Source: Alphaproteobacteria bacterium (lineage in GTDB: Bacteria > Pseudomonadota > Alphaproteobacteria > UBA7985 > JAUIBT01). Taken from it: a stretch of 64,000 nucleotides of DNA. Under the pieces are notes generated by a model. That model saw only the letters and a program-made list of their open reading frames with translations. It was not told the origin of the DNA and made no database searches. The first letter of the stretch is position 1; each line of letters begins with the position of its first letter. This document shows, in pieces, positions 27,615 through 36,390 of the stretch. The position numbers and the translations under genes are program-made. The stretch spans positions 18,504 to 82,503 of the forward strand of contig JAUIDR010000007.1 of NCBI GenBank assembly GCA_030428565.1. The letters are read 5' to 3'.

Positions 27615-28655
27615 TCATTGGGGCTGGCCTTCCCGCGTGTCCTTGGGCACGGGCGCATCTTGGCGCAATAGGCCCTCGTGCTTCAGCTCGGCCCAAAAAT
27701 CCGACGGGATCGGGTGGTTGAACCAGTCCAAATTGGTCTGCAATTGTTCGACCGTACGCGTACCCGCGACAAAGGAAGGAATGGCGGGATGGGCGACCAC
27801 GAACTGCAAGGCTGCGGCGGCCAGCGGCACCTGATGGGCGGCGCAGACCTGCTCAATTTTGGCGACCTTCTGCATGATAGGCGCTGGTGCCGGGGCGTAG
27901 TTATATTTGGCGCCCGCAACGGCACCGGTCGCTAGGATGCCAGAGTTAAAGCCTCCACCGACGATCACAGCGGCGCCGCGCTCTTCGCACAGAGGCAAGA
28001 AGCTTTGCAGGGCGTCTTGTTCTAGCAGCGTATAGCGGCCCGCGAGCAAGAAGCAGTCAAAGTCGCGCGCTTCAAGTGCGGCTTGGCAGACCTGCCATTC
28101 GTTGACGCCGACGCCGATGGCTTTAATCACGCCTTGGTCGCGCAGAGCGGCAAGCGCACGCCAGCATCCATCCATGGCCTCGGCAAAGACCTCGGGCTGG
28201 GCATCGCCGCGCGTAAAGCGGTCGATATCGTGGATGAAGCAAATGTCCATTCGCTCTAAGCCCATGCGTTGCAGGCTATCTTCAAAGGAACGCATGGTGC
28301 CGTCATAGGAGTAGTCGAATTCAGAACGAAAGCGCCCGGCATTGACCCAGGGCGCATAATCAATGCTGTCCTTAGGGGCGGGGTGCAGCACGCGACCGAC
28401 CTTTGAACTTAATACAAATTGGTCGCGATCTTTCCAACGCAAAGAGTAGCCCGTACGGTATTCTGATAAGCCATGACCATACATGGGCGCGGTGTCATAG
28501 AAACGAACTCCGGCCTGCCATGCGTGTTGGAACATGGCATCGGATGTCTGCTCGTCGATCTCTCTAAAAATGTTGCCAACCGGGGCAGTGCCAAAGGCGA
28601 AGGCGGTTACATCCAGGTCAACCCGACCGAATTTGTTCTTTTGAAACGCTTGCAT
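27615..28655 (-). CDS. aldo/keto reductase
   Basis: FAFGTAPVGN, FYDTAPMYGHGLSE, IHDID, GVGVNE. About 340-aa AKR architecture. Confidence 0.85.
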   Translation of the reverse strand: MQAFQKNKFGRVDLDVTAFAFGTAPVGNIFREIDEQTSDAMFQHAWQAGVRFYDTAPMYGHGLSEYRTGYSLRWKDRDQFVLSSKVGRVLHPAPKDSIDYAPWVNAGRFRSEFDYSYDGTMRSFEDSLQRMGLERMDICFIHDIDRFTRGDAQPEVFAEAMDGCWRALAALRDQGVIKAIGVGVNEWQVCQAALEARDFDCFLLAGRYTLLEQDALQSFLPLCEERGAAVIVGGGFNSGILATGAVAGAKYNYAPAPAPIMQKVAKIEQVCAAHQVPLAAAALQFVVAHPAIPSFVAGTRTVEQLQTNLDWFNHPIPSDFWAELKHEGLLRQDAPVPKDTREGQPQ

Positions 28656-28729
28656 GATGCCTCCATCTAAGTAACTATATCGTTATATACATAAAGCCAG
28701 GATAAAGTTGCAGATTGCATGGGTCTGGC

Positions 28730-28758
28730 TTGACTCGCACCCGTTCAATTTTTATAAC
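28730..28758 (+). promoter_or_regulatory. sigma70-like promoter for the acyl-CoA dehydrogenase gene (TTGACT-17-TATAAC)
   Basis: -35 TTGACT at 28730-28735, a 17-nt spacer, -10 TATAAC at 28753-28758. It lies 29 nt upstream of the ATG. Confidence 0.5.
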
Positions 28759-28772
28759 TAAATAGTTAGTGC
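28755..28772. promoter_or_regulatory. operator-like inverted repeat TAACTA-aa-TAGTTA followed by GTGC (candidate TetR site)
   Basis: Half sites TAACTA/TAGTTA overlap the -10 element. The same half sites followed by GTGC recur at 30774-30787. Confidence 0.45.
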
Positions 28773-28786
28773 AAGAAAGGCATGCT

Positions 28787-29929
28787 ATGCTAAATGATAT
28801 TCAGTTGCAAGTCCGCGACATGGCCCGTCAGTTTGCCGACGACGTCATTCGCCCTATGGCCGCTGAGCTGGACCAGGAAGAGCGCTTTCCCGCAGAACTC
28901 TATCGTGAGATGGCGGGGCTGGGGCTGTTTGGCATCGGTGTGCCCGAATCCATGGGGGGGCCAGGCTTTGACACGCTGACCTATGCCGTTGTGATGGAAG
29001 AGCTGTCACGCGGCTATGCCTCGGTGGCGGACCAGTGCGGGCTGGTGGAGCTGATCGCGACCTTGCTGGTGCGCCACGGCACGTCAACCCAACAGGCCCG
29101 ATGGCTCGCGGGTGTCATGTCCACGGAAATTAAGGTCGCCTACTGCATTACCGAGCCCGAGGCGGGAACCGATGTTTCCAACATTCGCACGACCGCTGAG
29201 CGCGATGGCGCGGGCTGGGTGCTCAATGGCGGCAAGATCTGGATACACAATGCGCCCGTGGCAGATATCGGCTTTGTCTTAGCGCGCACCGATAAGGCGG
29301 CGGGCAATCGCGGCATGTCGATCTTTATCGTTGATTTGCACGCCAGCGGCGTAACCCGGGGGCCAAAAGAACACAAGATGGGGCAGCGCGCCAGCCAAGT
29401 CGGCGCTCTGGACTTTGCAGATGTACGCCTGCCTGCTGAGGCGCTGCTGGGGCAAGAAAACCGCGGCTTTCATATGATGATGAGCGCACTGGATAAGGGG
29501 CGCGTCGGCATCGGCGCCCTGGCGGTGGGTATCGCTCAAGCCGGACTTGAAGCAGCGGTCGATTACGCAGGGCAACGCAAACAGTTTGGCCAAGTGATTT
29601 CCGAGTTTCAGGGCGTCCAGTGGCTGTTGGCGGATATGGCCAAGGATATTAGCGCCGCGCGCTTGCTGGTGCGTGATGCCGCCATGAAGATCGACGCTGG
29701 CGTTCCGGCCACCATGGCGTGTTCCATGGCCAAATGCTTTGCGGGCGATACAGCGGTACAGCGCACCGCAGATGCGGTCCAGGTCTTCGGAGGATCCGGC
29801 TACATTCGCGGCTTTGAGGTCGAGCGCCTCTACCGCGACGCCAAAATTTGCCAGATCTACGAGGGCACCAACCAGATCCAACGCATGATTATCGCGCGCG
29901 AGTTGATGAAAAACGGCGCCCAAACCTAG
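28787..29929 (+). CDS. acyl-CoA dehydrogenase
   Basis: YCITEPEAGTD, GGKIWIHNA, QIYEGTNQIQR. About 380 aa. Confidence 0.9.
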   Translation: MLNDIQLQVRDMARQFADDVIRPMAAELDQEERFPAELYREMAGLGLFGIGVPESMGGPGFDTLTYAVVMEELSRGYASVADQCGLVELIATLLVRHGTSTQQARWLAGVMSTEIKVAYCITEPEAGTDVSNIRTTAERDGAGWVLNGGKIWIHNAPVADIGFVLARTDKAAGNRGMSIFIVDLHASGVTRGPKEHKMGQRASQVGALDFADVRLPAEALLGQENRGFHMMMSALDKGRVGIGALAVGIAQAGLEAAVDYAGQRKQFGQVISEFQGVQWLLADMAKDISAARLLVRDAAMKIDAGVPATMACSMAKCFAGDTAVQRTADAVQVFGGSGYIRGFEVERLYRDAKICQIYEGTNQIQRMIIARELMKNGAQT

Positions 29930-29993
29930 GACGGGATTGGGGACAGGGATTGGGGGCATGGATAGGGGCGGGCGCACAGGCCCGTGGCTTTGA

Positions 29994-30659
29994 CTAAGGC
30001 GCGAGGCAGACCAGGCGCATGATGGTCTGTAGATTAAAGTCCAAGCGCTCATTCAGGGCCTGGGGATCGGCCAGGTTGGTCTTGTAGATAATGCTGCCGG
30101 TGTATTGGTTGGTTAGATAATAATAGCCGATGGCGGCGATTGTTATGTTGAGCTGAACAGGGTCTATGCCCGGGCGAAAGACGCCGCTTTTTACGCCCCG
30201 ATCCAACAAATCGGCGACCATATCGACCAAGCGGCGGGTGGCGCTGTCGATGCGGGTCGACTTTTTCAGGTGCTTGGCGCGGTGCAGGTTCTCACTGTTG
30301 ACCAGGGTGATGAACTCAGGATTTTTCAAATAATAGGTCCAGGTGAAACGCACCAGTTTTTCCAGCGCGTCTTTGGGCGCCATTTCGTCCAGGGCCAGCT
30401 TTTGTTCGGCGGCGCGAATATCTAGGTAGGCGTCTTCGAGCACGGTCTGAAATAGCTGCTCTTTACTGCCAAAATAGTGATAAATCATGCGCTTGTTGGC
30501 GTCGGCGCGCTCGGCAATTTCATCCACCCGCGAGCCGCTCAAGCCATTTTTTGCAAACTCTTTTTTGGCAGCTTTCAAGATGCGTTTTTGCGTGGCCTCG
30601 GCGTCTCTAGGGCGTGGGCTTGTGTCTTGATTCTTCGGCATTTGTTGCTTTCTGTCCAC
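29994..30659 (-). CDS. TetR/AcrR family transcriptional regulator
   Basis: N-terminal HTH ILKAAKKEFAKNGLSGSRVDEIAERADANKRMIYHYFGSKEQLF. Confidence 0.85.
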   Translation of the reverse strand: MDRKQQMPKNQDTSPRPRDAEATQKRILKAAKKEFAKNGLSGSRVDEIAERADANKRMIYHYFGSKEQLFQTVLEDAYLDIRAAEQKLALDEMAPKDALEKLVRFTWTYYLKNPEFITLVNSENLHRAKHLKKSTRIDSATRRLVDMVADLLDRGVKSGVFRPGIDPVQLNITIAAIGYYYLTNQYTGSIIYKTNLADPQALNERLDFNLQTIMRLVCLAP

Positions 30660-30773
30660 TGGCTGTCATCGCCGCAGACCATAGGGGTGATTTTGGCAAA
30701 GTGCAATTGCAGGCCGCGCCTAGAAATCACTCTTTGCCTAGAATCTATCTTGACAAGTTTGAAACTAACGATG

Positions 30774-30787
30774 TAACTAGTTAGTGC
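30774..30787. promoter_or_regulatory. operator-like perfect palindrome TAACTAGTTA followed by GTGC, 18 nt after a TTGACA box (30750-30755)
   Basis: 10-bp perfect palindrome in the tetR / sugar-ABC divergent region. Its geometry relative to the -35 box matches that of the site at 28755. Confidence 0.45.
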
Positions 30788-30874
30788 GTTAACCGAAACA
30801 GATTGCCTCGATCTTTTCGATCGTCAGCATGATCGCGACGGCTGGATGCATCTTGTGGAACATGGGAGGAATGC

Positions 30875-31972
30875 ATGTCATTCATCAAAAAATTCGTAGA
30901 GCGGGAGACGATCAATCGACGTCAGTTCCTGCTTGCCAGCATGGCGGGTGTCGGCACGCTTGCGGCTTCTGGTCTGGTGCCGTCGCCGGCCTTGGCTGCG
31001 GGCGGCCCAACCGTTGCTTGGAGCTATCGCAACCGCACCAACCCCTATTGGAACGCTATCGTTTCTGGCGGCGCCCGCTTCGTTGAGAGCCTGGGCATGT
31101 CGGGCGATGATCTGGTGCACTTGCTGAACGAGGGATCGTCGGAGAAGTCTTTGGCGGACGTGAAGGCGCTGTTGTCCAAGACCGGCGGTAACTTGGCGCT
31201 GGGTATCGACACCAACGATGCACCCAATGCACGCCCGGTGGTAGAGGCCGTACAGGCTGCGGGCGGCCATGTGGTGACAATCTGGAACAAGACCGAAGAC
31301 CTGCACCCTTGGGATTTTGGCGATAACTACGTGGCGCACATTTCTTGGTCGGATACTAAGCCCGCCGAAACAGTGGCCAACATTCTAATTGACGCCATGG
31401 GTGGTTCTGGCGGCATCGTGGGTCTGGGCGGCATTCCGTCGAACAATCCGGCGATCGAACGCCGGCAGGGCCTGGATAACGCGATGGCGGCCAACGGCAA
31501 TACTGAACTGTTGGACTATCAAGCTGCCGATTGGGATACGCAAAAAGCCGCTGAGATCATGTCGTCTTATCTGACGCGCTTTGGCGACGAGATTAAGGGC
31601 GTGTTCTGTGCCAATGACACCATGGCTTTCGGCGCCATCGAAGCGTTGCGCGCTGAAGGACTAGCCGGTCAAGTGCCCGTCGTTGGCTATGATGGCACCG
31701 CACAAGCCGCTGAATTCATCAAGAGCGGTGAGATGCAAGGCACGGTCTATACTGATCCGCCTTGGGCCGGTGGTATCGCCTGTTCGCTGGCTTACCACGC
31801 CGCGATTGGCACCTTTAAACCGTCTGACGAGCCCAAAGGCCACCGCGAGTTCTTTGGCCCGGCTTTGGTGGTGTCGAAATCCGATGTCGATCAGTTCGTC
31901 GCTCAACACATCGACGGCTCGCCTGATGTGGATTGGCAGGACTTCTGGGGTCCGACCACGCCAGCAGCCTAG
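30875..31972 (+). CDS. sugar ABC transporter substrate-binding protein (Tat-type signal)
   Basis: RRQFLLASMAGVGTLAASG twin-arginine signal. Periplasmic-binding-protein type I pattern (VGYDG, ANDTMAFGAIEAL). Confidence 0.8.
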   Translation: MSFIKKFVERETINRRQFLLASMAGVGTLAASGLVPSPALAAGGPTVAWSYRNRTNPYWNAIVSGGARFVESLGMSGDDLVHLLNEGSSEKSLADVKALLSKTGGNLALGIDTNDAPNARPVVEAVQAAGGHVVTIWNKTEDLHPWDFGDNYVAHISWSDTKPAETVANILIDAMGGSGGIVGLGGIPSNNPAIERRQGLDNAMAANGNTELLDYQAADWDTQKAAEIMSSYLTRFGDEIKGVFCANDTMAFGAIEALRAEGLAGQVPVVGYDGTAQAAEFIKSGEMQGTVYTDPPWAGGIACSLAYHAAIGTFKPSDEPKGHREFFGPALVVSKSDVDQFVAQHIDGSPDVDWQDFWGPTTPAA

Positions 31973-32097
31973 TCTTTACCTCCCCGACCAAGGCCGCCTC
32001 GTGACAAACGGGGCGGTTTTGGTCTGTGATAGTGTGCCTCTCATCAATTCAGTTCCTGCACCAAGAGACCAGATCACTGGTGCAAAAAATCGGGGAA

Positions 32098-33117
32098 ATG
32101 GCCGTGAAAGCTCTTCTGTCTCGGGACAGTCTGTTAAAATGGGCGCCGGTCTTGGTGCTGCTCGTCTTGATGCTGACCTTCCCAATCTTCGAAATGCTGA
32201 ACGACTTGGCGCGTGGCAAAGAGCATCTCTATTTGCTCGACAGCCGCTTCTTGTCGGTGCGCAATTTCGCGCGCATCGCCATTGCTGCGGCCCCAGCCTT
32301 GATGGTGGCCTTGGGCGTGACCTTTATCATTATCATGGGCTCAATTGACTTGAGCATGGAAGGCACCGTGAGTGTCAGCGCCGTTTCCTTCGCCTATGCC
32401 TTTATTGCGCTGGGCGGCACCTTGGCGAGCTGGGCTTGGCTGGCGATGCCACTTGCCCTCGTCGTAGGAGCGGCGATCGGCATGCTGAACGGGCTGGTGC
32501 ATGTCAAACTCAAGATTCCGTCCTTTATGGCCTCGCTGGCGATGGGCTTCGTTGGCACCGGTTTTGCGCTCTTATTGACGGGGGGCGAACGGGTGCGGGT
32601 CGATGATCCCATATTTCGCTCTTTGCTCACCGTGCGCTGGTTCAACTTCCCGATCATGATCTACGTCGCCGGGGCCTTTTTGTTGCTGATGTGGTTCGTA
32701 CAGACCCGCACGACGCTTGGCCGTAATTTCTACGCGGTTGGGGGTGGTGAGGAATTGGCCGCCGCCAGTGGACTCAACGTTAGCCGGGTTCGCATTCTGG
32801 GCTTTACGCTTGCGGGCGTCTGCTATGCTATGGGCGGCCTTTTGGCGGTCGGCAAGATCGGGATTGCAGAGACGGTAACTGGGGCCAATTTCATGTTCGT
32901 TTCCATCACCGCGGTGGTGGTGGGCGGCACGGCGCTTTGGGGCGGTATCGGCGGGGTCTTTAATACCCTGATTGGCGTTCTCATTGTCTTTGTCATCAAC
33001 AACGGCATGGTCGTTATCGGCCTGCCAAGCTACATCCAGTCAGCGGTTTTGGGCGCTCTTGTCATCTTGGCAGTGGTGCTATCAACCGACCGCAAAGCCA
33101 TCAGTTTCGTGAAATAG
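32098..33117 (+). CDS. sugar ABC transporter permease (RbsC/AraH-like)
   Basis: Multi-TM protein. IDLSMEGT, GGGEELAAASGLNV, GGTALWGGIGG motifs of BPD_transp_2. The ATG at 32098 is preceded by gggga. Confidence 0.8.
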   Translation: MAVKALLSRDSLLKWAPVLVLLVLMLTFPIFEMLNDLARGKEHLYLLDSRFLSVRNFARIAIAAAPALMVALGVTFIIIMGSIDLSMEGTVSVSAVSFAYAFIALGGTLASWAWLAMPLALVVGAAIGMLNGLVHVKLKIPSFMASLAMGFVGTGFALLLTGGERVRVDDPIFRSLLTVRWFNFPIMIYVAGAFLLLMWFVQTRTTLGRNFYAVGGGEELAAASGLNVSRVRILGFTLAGVCYAMGGLLAVGKIGIAETVTGANFMFVSITAVVVGGTALWGGIGGVFNTLIGVLIVFVINNGMVVIGLPSYIQSAVLGALVILAVVLSTDRKAISFVK

Positions 33118-33126
33118 GGGGCTGAT

Positions 33127-34632
33127 GTGTACGAGCTTCAAAAAGTCGATAAGAAGTTTCCAGGCGTTCACGCGCTTAAAGCGGTGGATTTCAAAGTGGG
33201 GCGCGGTGAGATCGTTGGTCTTGTTGGCGAAAACGGTGCCGGAAAATCCACGCTGATGAAGGTGATCTATGGCGCCTATCAGCCCGACGGCGGCACCATT
33301 AGCATCGATGGCAAGACGATGCGCTTTCAAAACCCGCGCCAGGCCATGGAACACGGCATTGGCATGGTTTTCCAAGAACAATCCCTGATCGCCAATCTGA
33401 CGGTGATGGAGAATATTTTCCTAGGATTTGAAAAGCAGTTTGTTCGTTTTGGTGTTATCAATTGGAAGGCGATGGCCGCCGCCGCGCGCCACCAGCTTGC
33501 TAAGGTCAAGCTGGATATCGAACCCTCGACGATTACCGCTAAACTCAGCTTTGCCCAACGCCAGCTAGTCGAACTTGCGAAAGTCTTGACCCTTGAAGAG
33601 CGGATCGACGGCGATTTGGTGATCTTGCTGGACGAGCCGACCTCGGTACTGGCACGCGAAGAAGTGCAGCTTTTGTTCAAACTGGTCCGCGATTTGACCA
33701 CACGTGCAAGCTTCGTCTTCGTCAGTCACCGCATGGAAGAAGTGCTAGAACTTTGCGATCGCGTCTACGTCATGAAGGATGGCGCAGTGGTGGATGTTGT
33801 GGCGCAAAACCAAGCCGATATCGATGCCATTCAACACAAGATGGTCGGGCGCGAAGTCGACAAGCGATATTACCGCGAACACAAGCAAAAGCCCTACGAC
33901 GCCGACAAGGTCTTGGTGTCAATGCAGCAGGCTTCGATCGAACGCAAATACCACGATATCTCCTTTGATCTGCACCCCGGCGAGGTTCTGTGTCTGGTTG
34001 GCACCGAAGGCTCGGGGCGTGAGGCTATCTTGCGGACCATTGTGGGTCTTGAGCGCCCCAGTGCGGGCCGTTTGGCGATCAAGGGCCAGCGCCTTAGCCG
34101 CTTTTCAGCGCGGCAGGCCGTGGCGAAAGGGGTCGGCTACACTCCGCGCGAACGCAAAATAGAGGGCATTGTTGGCGGCATGACGGTGTTTGAAAACATG
34201 ACCCTAAGCCAGCTCCACAACTATGCCCGCTTTGGCGTGCTGCGTGTGGGTGATGAAAAGCGCCTCGCGCGCGAGTGGATTGAGCGGCTGGCCATCAAGA
34301 CCCCTTCTGAGATGAAAGATTGTGGCGGCCTGTCGGGCGGCAATCAGCAGAAAGTGGTGCTGGCCAAATGGCGTTCGGGCGGCTCGGATATCATGCTGCT
34401 GGACCACCCTACGCGCGGACTTGATATCGGCGCCAAAGAGGATGTGTACGAGATGATTCGCGACATGTCCGATGCGGGCGTGGGCATTGTGCTGGTGGCC
34501 GATACGCTGGAGGAGTCCATCGGATTGGCTCACACCATCATCGTTTTGAAAGACGGGGTCGCGCAGAAGCGCTTTGATTGCACACCGGACAGCAAGCCCT
34601 CGCTCTATGACCTCGTCCACCACATGATCTGA
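33127..34632 (+). CDS. sugar ABC transporter ATP-binding protein (duplicated ATPase)
   Basis: Walker A GENGAGKST, LDEPTS, second-half signature LSGGNQQK, LDHPTRGLD. GTG start. Confidence 0.9.
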   Translation: MYELQKVDKKFPGVHALKAVDFKVGRGEIVGLVGENGAGKSTLMKVIYGAYQPDGGTISIDGKTMRFQNPRQAMEHGIGMVFQEQSLIANLTVMENIFLGFEKQFVRFGVINWKAMAAAARHQLAKVKLDIEPSTITAKLSFAQRQLVELAKVLTLEERIDGDLVILLDEPTSVLAREEVQLLFKLVRDLTTRASFVFVSHRMEEVLELCDRVYVMKDGAVVDVVAQNQADIDAIQHKMVGREVDKRYYREHKQKPYDADKVLVSMQQASIERKYHDISFDLHPGEVLCLVGTEGSGREAILRTIVGLERPSAGRLAIKGQRLSRFSARQAVAKGVGYTPRERKIEGIVGGMTVFENMTLSQLHNYARFGVLRVGDEKRLAREWIERLAIKTPSEMKDCGGLSGGNQQKVVLAKWRSGGSDIMLLDHPTRGLDIGAKEDVYEMIRDMSDAGVGIVLVADTLEESIGLAHTIIVLKDGVAQKRFDCTPDSKPSLYDLVHHMI

Positions 34633-34640
34633 GTTGTGTT

Positions 34641-35582
34641 ATGAATTTTGAACGTTTGAATGCGCACTTTCCTTGGATCACGCTGGTCGTGCTGTTTTTG
34701 CTGGTCGGTCTGGCCAATCCGGCCTTCTTCAATCCAGTCGGGCTGTTGGCACTGGCGGGGGATGTGGTGCCGCTGTTTATCATGGCGCTGGGCATGACTT
34801 TTGCCATTTACATCGGCGGCATTGATCTGTCGGTGCAACAAGTAGCCAATTTGGTGACCGTGGTGGCGACCGTGTTTTTGGTCAAGCTTGGCATCGGCGT
34901 TGCGCTGGTATGTATCTTGGCGGGGGCTTTGGTTGGGGCGCTATCGGGCCTTGTGACCACCAAATTCTATGTCCCTTCGTTTGTCTCCACCTTGGCGATG
35001 GGGTTTGTGGTGCTGTCGGGGGCGAAGTGGCTCTCTAACCAGCGCGCCTTGCACATGAATGCTGAGGCGCGCGAAGCCAGCTTTGGCTGGATGTTCGATA
35101 CCACTTTGGGGTTGCCCAACGAGCTGATTATCGCCGTGTTGCTGTTGGCGCTGTGCTGGTTCTTGCAGACCCGTACCACCTTTGGCCGGGCGCTGAAGGC
35201 GGTTGGCGCCGGGGAGCTTGCCGCGGTCGCCTCGGGTATCAATGTGGATCGCATCAAGATCATGGCCTTTGCTCTCTGCGGTGCTTTGGCCGCTATTTCG
35301 GGCCTCATGTTCTCGGTCAAGCTGTCGGGCGGCGATGCCAATCTGGCGAACGGCTTCTTGTTGCTGGCGATTGTCGCGGTGTTGGTTGGTGGCACACCGC
35401 TAACCGGCGGTGTTGGCGGCGTGCTCAATACGGCGGTCGGGACGTTGATCGTGATGGTGATCCGTGCGGCCATGGTCTTTTTGGAGGTCGATGCCACGCA
35501 TCAGCAGATGATCTTTGGCATCGTATTGATTGTCGCTATCGCCTTGACCATCGACCGATCCAAGCTGAAAATCGTCAAGTAG
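34641..35582 (+). CDS. sugar ABC transporter permease (second membrane subunit)
   Basis: IDLSVQQ, GAGELAAVASGINV, GGTPLTGGVGG. Confidence 0.85.
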   Translation: MNFERLNAHFPWITLVVLFLLVGLANPAFFNPVGLLALAGDVVPLFIMALGMTFAIYIGGIDLSVQQVANLVTVVATVFLVKLGIGVALVCILAGALVGALSGLVTTKFYVPSFVSTLAMGFVVLSGAKWLSNQRALHMNAEAREASFGWMFDTTLGLPNELIIAVLLLALCWFLQTRTTFGRALKAVGAGELAAVASGINVDRIKIMAFALCGALAAISGLMFSVKLSGGDANLANGFLLLAIVAVLVGGTPLTGGVGGVLNTAVGTLIVMVIRAAMVFLEVDATHQQMIFGIVLIVAIALTIDRSKLKIVK

Positions 35583-35654
35583 GCGCTGCTTGCCTCTTGG
35601 GTCTCCTTCGGACGTCTGACAAGTTTCCAGGGGCGACGTTTACACCTGCCCCTT

Positions 35655-35694
35655 TAGCCGGCGACCCCTAGCCGGCGACCCCTAGCCGGCGACA
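35655..35694. repeat. 14-bp tandem repeat, about 2.9 copies (tagccggcgacccc)
   Basis: Direct reading. The last copy supplies the final codons (VAG) and the stop codon of the minus-strand PAS-LuxR gene. Confidence 0.85.
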
Positions 35695-36278
35695 GGGGGA
35701 ACGGTGGCTTCCACGGGGCTAAGCACGTGGAACAAGGCGTTGGAATTCGATACGCCAAATTTCTTGAGCAGGGTGGCCCGGTAGACCTCGACCGTGCGAT
35801 AGGAAATGCCCAGCTTGAGCGCGATCTCCTTACTGGTCAGGCCGTCGGCCAGCAATGACATGACCTCGCGCTGGCGGCGCGTGAGCGCGATATAAGGGCG
35901 GACGTCAGATAGATCCGCCAGGCTCCAAACCGCCCGCATTAAGGGAGCCTCGCGGGTGAAGGAATAACCCCGCACCCGACACCAAAACAGGCTGCCATCC
36001 TTGCGCGCCATGACGCGTTCATCCCAATATTTGTTGGTCTCCCGCAGACGCGGCACGCCGCGCTCGCGGATATTGACGAATTCGTCTTCTGACGGGTAAA
36101 GGATTGAAAAGCTGCGATCTTTTAAGTAATCGACCGTATAGCCAAACATGTCGGCAAAGGCTAGATTGCAAGCTCTGATGACACGATTTTCCGTGACCAC
36201 CAAACCGACCGGGGCATAGGTAAAGGCCAAGCTTTCGAACTGGCCGCTGCGATAACAGTCCTCAATACGTGTTTCCAC
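35682..36278 (-). CDS. PAS domain + LuxR-type HTH transcriptional regulator
   Basis: N-terminal PAS-like region (PVGLVVTENRVIRACNLAFADMFGY). C-terminal LTRRQREVMSLLADGLTSKEIALKLGISYRTVEVYRATLLKKFGV. Confidence 0.8.
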   Translation of the reverse strand: METRIEDCYRSGQFESLAFTYAPVGLVVTENRVIRACNLAFADMFGYTVDYLKDRSFSILYPSEDEFVNIRERGVPRLRETNKYWDERVMARKDGSLFWCRVRGYSFTREAPLMRAVWSLADLSDVRPYIALTRRQREVMSLLADGLTSKEIALKLGISYRTVEVYRATLLKKFGVSNSNALFHVLSPVEATVPPVAG

Positions 36279-36390
36279 AATATTGCTTGCTCCGCCGTCG
36301 GGTTGATAAAATTCGGGTCGCTAGGTTTCAAAACCCGAACCGTTCTGCGCTTTGCAGACGGATATCGGGACATCAAACTGGGAGGACCCA

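Noticed and set aside
31996-32028. Rho-independent terminator after the first sugar SBP gene
   Set aside because: It has only a 5-bp stem (CCGCC/GGCGG), a 13-nt loop and a short TTTT. That is too weak to report as a feature.
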